DNA from: a virus
Taxonomy: Duplodnaviria > Caudoviricetes
DNA: 64,000 bases
Strand: one strand, 5' to 3'
Virus record (IMG/VR): IMGVR_UViG_3300031669_005479
Span: 32,001-96,000 of that record
Shown: positions 19,694-28,573 of the stretch, one piece after another
How positions within the stretch are numbered: position 1 is the stretch's first letter
How the letters are laid out: each line of letters opens with the position of its first letter
Translations under genes and position numbers: made by a program
Notes under the pieces: generated by a model
Databases searched by the model: none
Seen by the model: only the letters and a program-made list of their open reading frames with translations
Told to the model about the DNA's origin: nothing

Positions 19694-20068
19694 TTATTCA
19701 TCTTTTTGAATATCAGATTCATCATCTTTCCTACCAACTCTTTTTTTACTAGAATTGGTATTTTTATGCTCTACTTTATTTTTTTCTAATTCTCCAACTG
19801 GTGCGGTTTTATTAACTACTTTGGTAACATTCATTGTCTTATTAAGTTCGAAAGGTGTAACTTCGACAATAGTTATCATCTTTTTAATTCTTAATTTATG
19901 AACAGATAATGGTAAGGTTCCTATGGTTAAATATGCAGTATCACCAGGTTTTACACTAAGAATTTTCTTATTCATGTTATCAACATACTCAATATCAACA
20001 GTAACGTTAAATTTTACGTCACGTTTTCCTAAAAAATTTGTAATGTTTGTAATTTTATATGTATTCAT
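19694..20068 (-). CDS. Hypothetical protein
   Basis: 124-aa ORF; basic/acidic tail. Confidence 0.65.
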   Translation of the reverse strand: MNTYKITNITNFLGKRDVKFNVTVDIEYVDNMNKKILSVKPGDTAYLTIGTLPLSVHKLRIKKMITIVEVTPFELNKTMNVTKVVNKTAPVGELEKNKVEHKNTNSSKKRVGRKDDESDIQKDE

Positions 20069-20078
20069 AGTTTTTAAT

Positions 20079-20891
20079 TTATTTTAATCCCCAAATTATT
20101 GTATCAAACTTAATTCCATCAAAACCCATAGATTTTGCTTTCTTCGCAATTGCTTTATATTTTACATTTTCAGCAGTTGTATCATATTTTTCACCCAATG
20201 CCTCAAAATTAACATGTGGAAACCAAATCTTTGACAATATATCGATTGGATTTTGACCATCTTTATATGCAACGCCTGATGCTTGAGTATCAAACAAGTT
20301 TTCAAAATCTATTTGATATTTATCAAATCCACCTATAGGATTCGTAATAAAGAAATTTCCATTTGCAGAATTTTCTTTAATTGGGTCTTTCCTATAGCCA
20401 ATTATTGTTTGTTGGTTTGTATTTGGCTTTTCTGCTTGAACGTCAGTATTATCTTCTTCCAATGTATTCAGAAATTGATCTTCGTCATCACCATAAAAAT
20501 TAATGGCATCTTGTGCTTCAACTTCTTCCAGTCCCTGAGATTTCTCATAATCATAAATGTCCTGTATCTTATTCAATACTCTACATGCATCTTTACTATT
20601 TAAATTAATTTTAATTGCCATTAATTTTAATCCATCCAATAGTGCACGAACCATACGATGATGACCATCAATTACTTCCATATCATTGCTAACCCAAATT
20701 GGATTCTTATCATCTATATTTACATTCTCAACATCGTCACTAAATGTAATCCCTTGTAATGGTTGCAAATCATTTGGGTCTACTTCAGTCACAGTATAAT
20801 CCACATTTTCGTCGTCAAGTTTTTGCAATACTATTGTATATGGTGCACTAACTTGTGGCAAAAATCTTGGTTTATATCTCATATTAATCAT
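20079..20891 (-). CDS. ParB/Srx-like N-terminal domain fused to an ART-like C-terminal domain
   Basis: LQPLQ...PIWVS...VIDGHHRM (ParB/Srx); IGYR...GNFF...FENLFD...KSMGFDGIKF resembles polyvalent-protein ART-like domains. Confidence 0.6.
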   Translation of the reverse strand: MINMRYKPRFLPQVSAPYTIVLQKLDDENVDYTVTEVDPNDLQPLQGITFSDDVENVNIDDKNPIWVSNDMEVIDGHHRMVRALLDGLKLMAIKINLNSKDACRVLNKIQDIYDYEKSQGLEEVEAQDAINFYGDDEDQFLNTLEEDNTDVQAEKPNTNQQTIIGYRKDPIKENSANGNFFITNPIGGFDKYQIDFENLFDTQASGVAYKDGQNPIDILSKIWFPHVNFEALGEKYDTTAENVKYKAIAKKAKSMGFDGIKFDTIIWGLK

Positions 20892-20916
20892 TGTAGCAAG
20901 TTTACTATAAATACTA

Positions 20917-21483
20917 TTAAAATATTTTTTTAATTTCCTCCATAATGATATATAGTAAATTACCTGAACGACTTGTTTCTGTCAGCACTAATTTATCATT
21001 ATCTACAGCATAAATATTAAATTCAATACCGTTCGGTATTTCACTTCTGATTGCTTCATATGCGACAAGATCAGTCTCACGGTCATCATAAACATTAATT
21101 ACCTTTAAATCTGGCATTTGTTCAACATATCTCAATATCTTTATACCCTTATTACCTTCGGCACGTTTCATATCAATTTTATCCACATGTATGTTGTTTT
21201 TATCTAGGATTGCCTCAACTTGTGGACGCAGTTTTTCCATACGTGATGTTAATACCATTACATAGGTATTTGGTGTCGCTATTTCCCTTCTTAGTTGATT
21301 TAATATGGTGGGAAATGGTTTGATGTCAAAAACGTCCAAATCTAAACTTTCTGGTCTACCCCACCAGCCAGCATATGGATATGGTCTACCTGTCCTTTCT
21401 GACCATAGAATTTTTCCACGTTCAGGTTCAGGTGAATTTATCAAAGTACCGTCGAAATCGAATACGGAAAGTCTACTAATCAT
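20917..21483 (-). CDS. HAD-superfamily phosphatase (RNA-repair / Swiss-army-knife HAD type)
   Basis: VFDFDGTL (DxDxT), VLTSR, VYDDR motifs. Confidence 0.85.
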   Translation of the reverse strand: MISRLSVFDFDGTLINSPEPERGKILWSERTGRPYPYAGWWGRPESLDLDVFDIKPFPTILNQLRREIATPNTYVMVLTSRMEKLRPQVEAILDKNNIHVDKIDMKRAEGNKGIKILRYVEQMPDLKVINVYDDRETDLVAYEAIRSEIPNGIEFNIYAVDNDKLVLTETSRSGNLLYIIMEEIKKIF

Positions 21484-21579
21484 ATTTTACCTATTTTTTT
21501 ATAAATTAAATGTTTAAAATCACTAAACGGTATTTTAATTAGGTTTTATTAACTATTTGTAAATTTTGTTAAATTTTAC

Positions 21580-21687
21580 TTAGCAGTTGATTAACCCATC
21601 ATTTTCAGCCAATTTAATAAAAAGGTCTTCACATAAAAGACCTATAGTGGTATCACTATTAATTTTGACATACAATTCTTCATTCAT
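21580..21687 (-). CDS. 35-aa small ORF not in the ORF track
   Basis: MNEELYVKINSDTTIGLLCEDLFIKLAENDGLINC; its ATG overlaps the stop of the upstream 2H gene (TAATG). Confidence 0.45.
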   Translation of the reverse strand: MNEELYVKINSDTTIGLLCEDLFIKLAENDGLINC

Positions 21688-22070
21688 TACTTATATTCAA
21701 CTTCAACAATCTTTCCAGTTATCTGTAATGGTCTTTTAATTGGCCTCCAATCAGTCAACTTATTTGACATCATGGGTTTACCACCATTTTCAGTATTAAC
21801 TGCTAATGTTATGTGTGGTTTAACATTCTGACTATAAAAACCTGAAACGCCTACCGCAATTACCTTATCATCCATTGCAATATCATTAACAGTCAAATTA
21901 ACTATCAATCCTAAATATTTTACGTATTTAGGATTGATCTCACCCAAATTTATTGTCATATGGTGTGCAATGATTTTCCAGCCTTCTGGAATTTCAGACT
22001 TAAACTGCTCAATCAATCTTTCTCTCGATCTTTCATCAAGCACTACTGCACTATACGATATTTTTCCCAT
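21687..22070 (-). CDS. 2H phosphoesterase (tRNA-ligase cyclic phosphodiesterase-like)
   Basis: Two HxT motifs: AHHMTINLG and KPHITLAV. Confidence 0.85.
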   Translation of the reverse strand: MGKISYSAVVLDERSRERLIEQFKSEIPEGWKIIAHHMTINLGEINPKYVKYLGLIVNLTVNDIAMDDKVIAVGVSGFYSQNVKPHITLAVNTENGGKPMMSNKLTDWRPIKRPLQITGKIVEVEYK

Positions 22071-22079
22071 TTCTGCTAT

Positions 22080-23810
22080 TTATTTTTCATTTAACATTAA
22101 GACCTTACCATTTTCTTTACCTTTATGACCTTTCCACGTATAAACCAATTCGTTGCCAGTAAGTTTACGTTCCTTTTCAAATGATTTAACATATTTTTTG
22201 CCCCTACCTTTTTTTACATATGCCAATGTAATATGTGCATGATAGTCAGGAAAATCTGTTGTATGGGACAAAACACTCATAATTTTATTCAGTTTAGTTA
22301 ATATTTTAGATTTAACACCAAATTTAACAACATCAAATTCTGAATTTTCAAAAATTGATATACCATCAACACCAATTTCAATTGGCTTTAATGTCATATT
22401 CTCCCGATATAAATCAAATACCTCATCGGGCGTAACATCATCATGAAAACCATATAGTATTGTGGTATGTGGTTCAGTTTCAATTCCATATCCCTTTACA
22501 TCATAAATATCATTTTTATCTATAATGGATGTTATTTTATTCCAGATCGGAACATCTAAATATAACATTAAACATCCATATTCAATTCTTTCCGCTTTTT
22601 CCTCATTTATGGAATCTTTTTTTGATATTGAATCCAGTATATCTTTTCTATTGTTTTTCAATTTACCTGAATATATTTTCAACAATATCATTTTTAGAGT
22701 ATTGCCAATTTCTTTACCATTATACCCTAACTTCATCAAATCGTTTCCATTTACACTAAGTTCACCAATTATTTTTGGATATTTACCACTAAGCAATTCT
22801 TGTGCAGCAATTTCAATTATTCTTGGTAGTATTTGGCTTTGCAATGATTGTGGAAATGTAACATACATATTATGTGCAACACTTCTCGCTTCAATTAAAT
22901 TCGTTGCTTCACCACTATCATATGCCATCTGTAACGCTTTAATTTCCTTATATGTATTAATGTCTCCCTTAAGATTATTTTTATAAAATTCAGCAGGATT
23001 TGATAAATGTCTGGTTAATAAAAAAATAAATTCGCCCATAGTTCTAACATCTTCAAACGGACTTCTATCAATCACAGATTGCTTTATGTCAAATCCAAAA
23101 ATTTGTTGAAATAAACCGCTATCTTTTAGTAATTGTGCACCTAAACGTTTATTTCCCTTTTTAACAATTTTATCGAATTCAGTTAATATTCTTTCTGGTG
23201 GAATTTCTTTAATACGAGTCGCATTATCCTTAATCATTTGCATTGTCTGTGGTTCAATAGTAAAACCAAAACGTGATGCAAAACCAATTATTCTTAACAT
23301 TCTTAACGGGTCTTCCGAAAAAGCAGTTGCATTCGCAGCAGAAATTTGTTTTTTTTCAATATCTTCCAAACCACCCAATGGGTCAATGAACTTACCTGTA
23401 TTTATGTTAATTGCCATTGCATTGAACTTTGCATCTCTTCTGCTAAGGTCATCTTCAATTGGCAGATTTTGGTCGCTTTGAACATCAAATCCTCTATATC
23501 CACCACTATCATTTTTGGTTTCAGTTCTCGGTAAAGCAATATCATAATCAACACCATCCCTATCAACAAATTTAATAACGCCAAATGATTTACCCACAAC
23601 ATCAACCTTACCAAATTTTTGCAATTTTGCAACTAGCACATCGATTGAAACATTCCTAACAATTAAATCAATATCTTTATTTGGTTTATTTAGAATTAGG
23701 TCACGTACAACACCACCAATTGCATAGCACTCACCATTTAAATCATTAATGATTGATTTAATAAATGGCTTTTGTCTTAAATTTAATATAAAATCCTGTA
23801 TACTACCCAT
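22080..23810 (-). CDS. cca: CCA-adding tRNA nucleotidyltransferase fused to a C-terminal 2H phosphoesterase
   Basis: GGVVRD, KDIDL (DxD), RRDAKFNAMA, SEDPLRMLR (EDxxR); no HD motif seen; C-terminal ~165 aa has PHTTILYG and YHAHITLAY. Confidence 0.85.
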   Translation of the reverse strand: MGSIQDFILNLRQKPFIKSIINDLNGECYAIGGVVRDLILNKPNKDIDLIVRNVSIDVLVAKLQKFGKVDVVGKSFGVIKFVDRDGVDYDIALPRTETKNDSGGYRGFDVQSDQNLPIEDDLSRRDAKFNAMAININTGKFIDPLGGLEDIEKKQISAANATAFSEDPLRMLRIIGFASRFGFTIEPQTMQMIKDNATRIKEIPPERILTEFDKIVKKGNKRLGAQLLKDSGLFQQIFGFDIKQSVIDRSPFEDVRTMGEFIFLLTRHLSNPAEFYKNNLKGDINTYKEIKALQMAYDSGEATNLIEARSVAHNMYVTFPQSLQSQILPRIIEIAAQELLSGKYPKIIGELSVNGNDLMKLGYNGKEIGNTLKMILLKIYSGKLKNNRKDILDSISKKDSINEEKAERIEYGCLMLYLDVPIWNKITSIIDKNDIYDVKGYGIETEPHTTILYGFHDDVTPDEVFDLYRENMTLKPIEIGVDGISIFENSEFDVVKFGVKSKILTKLNKIMSVLSHTTDFPDYHAHITLAYVKKGRGKKYVKSFEKERKLTGNELVYTWKGHKGKENGKVLMLNEK

Positions 23811-23855
23811 TTTAATTCTTTTTTACATGATAATTCACTTTACAATGTTCAATTT

Positions 23856-26800
23856 CTAAGATATCATTTTTTTTGCCTCATTAATATTATTTAGTATTAC
23901 CTGTGCTTCGTTCATAGTTTTTTTCCTAATTTTCAACTTTTCATTCTCGGCAAAGATACCATATTTTTTTTGATTATTCTCATCCAACACAAAATTAACC
24001 AATTTCGCTTTATTTTCTGCAGTATTCGTTGAAAATACTTTATAATCTTTCGGATTTTCATAACTTAAATATATGGTATTATTACCATATTTAACCAAAT
24101 CATAAAACATTTTACTGAAAACAAGTTTTACCCTATTCTCATCATATCCGTTTAGTGACAATTCTGCACGATAATTTTTATCTTTTTCATAAACTACCCT
24201 AATCCATCCATCCTTAATTGCTGCATCAAATACCCTATCATAATCCCACCCATAATCTTTATCTCTATATCTTCTCATAATAAAATCTTTATGATTCAAT
24301 ACTTGAACTCTATAGAATTGATTATCTGGCGATATCCATCCCCAAAATGTTTCATTTGGTATGTATTCTTCGTTTATCGTATTATCATTTTTTTTACTAT
24401 TGCTATCTTTAATAATCTTTATTTGTTTTGGACTGAAAACAAAATAATCATCATCTAATTTAGCACCATCGTATCCCATATCATGTAATTGACCTAAGCC
24501 ATATTTTTCATACTCATTCCAACCAGCCATTTTTTTTATTGAAAGATATGCAGAAATTATTCTGCTTCGACCTGCAGCACCAGCATCGCCACGCTCAATC
24601 TTATCCTTATCAGATGAAAACCAAATAATTGGTTGTGCAGCATTTTTTAAACTAAATCTACTAAAATCATTGTTTGTTCCATGATAAACAATTAACGGAT
24701 TTCCTTCATCGTCAACGACTTTTGACCCATTAAACCAATTTGCATCAATACTTTCATTAAGACTATTGTTTCGTTTAATGGTGATTTCATTGTCATTTTC
24801 AACATAGCTATAGCCAGAAGGCAAATTCTTTATTATAAATTGTAGATATAGTTCAAATCTTCTTCTGTCTTCCGAACCTTTTGCTTTTACTGGTTCAAAC
24901 ATAATTGAATTTGGTTTCGTATTCAAAATAAATCCCCTAACTAATTTTACTAGAGTTGCCATTATTCTATAAACTCTACCCTTATTAACTGTGGTAATTA
25001 AATTTAATGTACCTCGCTCAGTTATTGTACCAAACGACATAATCCAATTATTTTCTTCTTCAAACATATTGAAAACAACAAAATACTTATCACCATCCTC
25101 AGTAGTAAATCTATACTGTTTATTATACTCATCAGACACTAGAATACTTATTGTATATGGCGTAGTATTTCCTTCACCAATTTCATTAAGTGGCTTTATG
25201 TCCAAATTTTTAATATCTCCTTGATTACAGGCGGTAGATGTATTGCCTAAACCACCTAGTCTACACTTTTTTTTTACACTTACTGAGCTACTTCCTTTCA
25301 TTGAAGACAATACTCTTTCAACAAGTTCATCAATTGTTGTGGGAACATTATTATCGGTAAGTGGAGAAGTATCATTTTGATCATAAGCGGGAAAGTCATC
25401 ACGTCCAATAGAATCTACAGACGAAAATTTGGATGACCCATCTTCATCAACACTAATTTCTTGTGCTTCTGGCTCAGAATTAACATTACCACCACCAATA
25501 TCAAAAAATGCAATTACCCCATCTTTCTTATATCCAAGATTTTTGGGATTGTAGTAATCAATGCTTTCAATGCCGTATTTTTCTGCTTCTTTTGCAATAT
25601 TCACAATATTGAAAAAGAAATTAGCATCCTGTGGATTTTTCACAAAATATCTATCAGTTTTATTAATATCCACATTTGTTTCAAATCTATGGCCATAGAG
25701 ATATGCCTCAACAACATCACTAAAGTTAACACCCAATAACTGTTCGAATGCAATTTCAAGTCTATGAAACATACGCTTAAACTCATCTAAATCAGTATTT
25801 AGTTTTTCCAAAACAATTGCATACACCTCTGGAGCATTTTGTGTTCTACTTGTAATTACATATACTGCATATGGTTCAGCAATATATTTTAACTTCTTAC
25901 CAATAAGTTTAATATTCTCATTTGCTTCACTTTTATCTGTAGTAATTTTTAATACTCTATCATTACCAATATCGTATGCAACCCCATTAGTTCCAGCATC
26001 AATATAACTTGCATTTCCTACTCCAAGTTTTCGAGCAATCTTGCTTGCAATATCGCCATATTTATTTTCAATATTTTCATTAATTTTTTCATCACCTTCA
26101 GGTAAATATATTATGTTTTTTTCACCTATTGCTGGTTCTGGACTTCTATATCCACCAAAATCAAAAAACATTAAAATATTATTTTTATATCCCAGATTTT
26201 TTCGATTGCCATAATCATTCGACTTTATATCGTATCTAACCAACTCATTTTTAATGTTAAACAGTCCAACCAAATAGTTAAATATTTTTTTTCTTTCGAC
26301 ACTTGAAATATTAGCATTGGGATTTTGATTGAGAACACCTTTTGCCAAACCAACCATTTCATCATAATTAAAATTTTTTTTCATTTTAATTAAAAAATCA
26401 ACATATGACATTTCATTTGGATTGATTTCATCTATTTCTCTACCATACTGAAGAAATAAATTTTCTGGTTTATCTTCAATATATTCTTCAACAATTCCTA
26501 TAAACGATAGGTTAGTATCTGTGTCAAATATTTTATAGATATTATAAACTTTAGCAATTGTTATTGGTTGAACTCTCATTAGCTTGGCTGCAGCATCTCC
26601 TTCACTAACGTCCGCAGAAACTTTAAATACGTTACCATCTTCAGTTAAAAATGCAAAACCGTTTGAACCACCACCCAAATATTTTTGAAACGTAAGTCCA
26701 ATTTTTTCGCAAGCATTTTTAGCAATCTCTGTTGCATATGCTTTGTCATCTAATGTATATCCTTTTACTGGTGGAATATTGCTCACATCATATTCTTCTT

Positions 26801-27785
26801 TTATGAGTCTATCTCTATTGTATAAATTCTCAGAAATAAGAAATTCTTGAAGTTTTAGTAAATTATTATAGAACTTTTTCTTATTTTTAACTCGATTTAA
26901 TACTTCCTTAATATTACCAATGCACTCATTAAAACCTTCAACCAAAATTGGCATTGCAGGTAATGGATTTTTTGACGAGTAGTCTACTGTATTTGATATT
27001 AAATCAACAATTTCCTCATTTATTACGCCATTACCATCACCTACACCATATGGAACTAATGCCCACATGCCTTTACGTGTATCAATGCCATCTTCTTGTG
27101 GTAAATCGCCAAGAATGTCATCATTACCGTCAGCAAAATTGTACATTTCATATATAGAATACCTCTGTTTTCTATCTGGACTATAGTAAGTATTATATAC
27201 CTCATCGTTTAGTCCATAATCGGTTAAAACAATTGCTGGTTGACCATCACGAATTACCTCACCATATGTGCTGGGTCTACCGTAATCGCCAACAATTTGA
27301 TTGTAATTTGCTACAAATTCAAACAATTCTTGTGCAAATTCATTTTCATTCAGCAGTTCAGTAATTTCGGGTTCAAGCGAATATGTCTGAGGTTTACGAT
27401 GATTTTTATCATATAATATCGATAAATATTTTCGCAAATCCCAAAGGCTTGGTATGCCAGTTATTTCTTTAATTCGTTTTTCAGTAACCTTTTTTGCTTT
27501 TTCTGAAATCAGCCAACTATCATCATCGGCACTATCAAATATTATTGCAACAATGTTATGTGTATCAGGATAGAAACCAGCACTTGCTTCTACTTCATTT
27601 TGTGCAACACCTTTAGTATTTTTCGCTAATTTTAAAATTTTTTGACCATCAATGTCGTAAACAACTCGACCGCTTCCGCTTCCGATTCTTGGCAAATATT
27701 GTTCAGCGTATTTAATTTTACCTGCAAACGACCTGATTTTAAGAAATTCTGGTAAGAATTTCTCTTTGAATTCTTCGTATGTCAT
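23856..27785 (-). CDS. Polyvalent protein: three kinase-like domains, an ART-like domain and two unknown domains; probable start MTYEEF at 27785
   Basis: Three G-loop/Lys/D..N/DxG sets; IVYHGT...IWFS...SAYL ART-like core; GTATTTAT motif at 27807-27814 supports the 27785 start rather than 27851. Confidence 0.8.
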   Translation of the reverse strand: MTYEEFKEKFLPEFLKIRSFAGKIKYAEQYLPRIGSGSGRVVYDIDGQKILKLAKNTKGVAQNEVEASAGFYPDTHNIVAIIFDSADDDSWLISEKAKKVTEKRIKEITGIPSLWDLRKYLSILYDKNHRKPQTYSLEPEITELLNENEFAQELFEFVANYNQIVGDYGRPSTYGEVIRDGQPAIVLTDYGLNDEVYNTYYSPDRKQRYSIYEMYNFADGNDDILGDLPQEDGIDTRKGMWALVPYGVGDGNGVINEEIVDLISNTVDYSSKNPLPAMPILVEGFNECIGNIKEVLNRVKNKKKFYNNLLKLQEFLISENLYNRDRLIKEEYDVSNIPPVKGYTLDDKAYATEIAKNACEKIGLTFQKYLGGGSNGFAFLTEDGNVFKVSADVSEGDAAAKLMRVQPITIAKVYNIYKIFDTDTNLSFIGIVEEYIEDKPENLFLQYGREIDEINPNEMSYVDFLIKMKKNFNYDEMVGLAKGVLNQNPNANISSVERKKIFNYLVGLFNIKNELVRYDIKSNDYGNRKNLGYKNNILMFFDFGGYRSPEPAIGEKNIIYLPEGDEKINENIENKYGDIASKIARKLGVGNASYIDAGTNGVAYDIGNDRVLKITTDKSEANENIKLIGKKLKYIAEPYAVYVITSRTQNAPEVYAIVLEKLNTDLDEFKRMFHRLEIAFEQLLGVNFSDVVEAYLYGHRFETNVDINKTDRYFVKNPQDANFFFNIVNIAKEAEKYGIESIDYYNPKNLGYKKDGVIAFFDIGGGNVNSEPEAQEISVDEDGSSKFSSVDSIGRDDFPAYDQNDTSPLTDNNVPTTIDELVERVLSSMKGSSSVSVKKKCRLGGLGNTSTACNQGDIKNLDIKPLNEIGEGNTTPYTISILVSDEYNKQYRFTTEDGDKYFVVFNMFEEENNWIMSFGTITERGTLNLITTVNKGRVYRIMATLVKLVRGFILNTKPNSIMFEPVKAKGSEDRRRFELYLQFIIKNLPSGYSYVENDNEITIKRNNSLNESIDANWFNGSKVVDDEGNPLIVYHGTNNDFSRFSLKNAAQPIIWFSSDKDKIERGDAGAAGRSRIISAYLSIKKMAGWNEYEKYGLGQLHDMGYDGAKLDDDYFVFSPKQIKIIKDSNSKKNDNTINEEYIPNETFWGWISPDNQFYRVQVLNHKDFIMRRYRDKDYGWDYDRVFDAAIKDGWIRVVYEKDKNYRAELSLNGYDENRVKLVFSKMFYDLVKYGNNTIYLSYENPKDYKVFSTNTAENKAKLVNFVLDENNQKKYGIFAENEKLKIRKKTMNEAQVILNNINEAKKMIS

Positions 27786-27851
27786 ATTTGAATATAATAT
27801 ATATTCATAAATACAAAGTTCGTAATAAAAAGGGTAATAAAAAAAGCGCAA

Positions 27852-28532
27852 TTATGATTGCGCTTTTGCTTTATTCTTTTTTTGAATTTCACGTATTGTT
27901 TCGTATACAATTGTCCTAATCATTTCACTATTTTCTGTTAGCACCTCTTTTATTCTCTCAACCGCATACATTTCAATTATTGTGCTCTTAATTGCTTCTT
28001 CAAATATTGGTTCTAAATTTTCTGTTAGGTAACCGTTAACAATATTCTTTACATTTTCAGTTAGATACGCTTCATTTAACTGCATCGATGAATTAGTTGG
28101 TGGCTGATTTACCATTGGTCTACCAGTATTCGGCATACTAATATATCCCTGCATCGACTCACTTAACGTCTGTTTTCTCTTATTTTCAAGGTCTCGATAA
28201 AGTAATTCATCCCTTTCTGGAGATATATCCATTGGTATGCCAAGATTTATTCTCTCTGGTTGGTGTGTTGGTGCAGGTGTTTCATTAAGTGGAATTTTAA
28301 CCCCACCGCCATTTTTATCAACAGCCTTATTATTAACAGTTTTAACTAAATTTGATGATGCATTATCTCTACCACTTTTTAATGATTCGGTTAATTCATA
28401 TAAAAATTTATCTCTTGGAGATACACCACTATAATCTTGTCCATCACCTGATGGTGACGATACCGTATTTCTCTCTCTTTTACGATTATCAATTTCTACT
28501 CTAAGTTTATTTAAATCAGGTTTTGTTGCCAT
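27852..28532 (-). CDS. Hypothetical protein (possible head/scaffold associated)
   Basis: 226 aa with repeated LNE/LTE/LSE motifs; late-type motif upstream. Confidence 0.6.
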   Translation of the reverse strand: MATKPDLNKLRVEIDNRKRERNTVSSPSGDGQDYSGVSPRDKFLYELTESLKSGRDNASSNLVKTVNNKAVDKNGGGVKIPLNETPAPTHQPERINLGIPMDISPERDELLYRDLENKRKQTLSESMQGYISMPNTGRPMVNQPPTNSSMQLNEAYLTENVKNIVNGYLTENLEPIFEEAIKSTIIEMYAVERIKEVLTENSEMIRTIVYETIREIQKKNKAKAQS

Positions 28533-28573
28533 TACAAAAAAAATATAAAATTTTATTATTTTTTATAAATACG

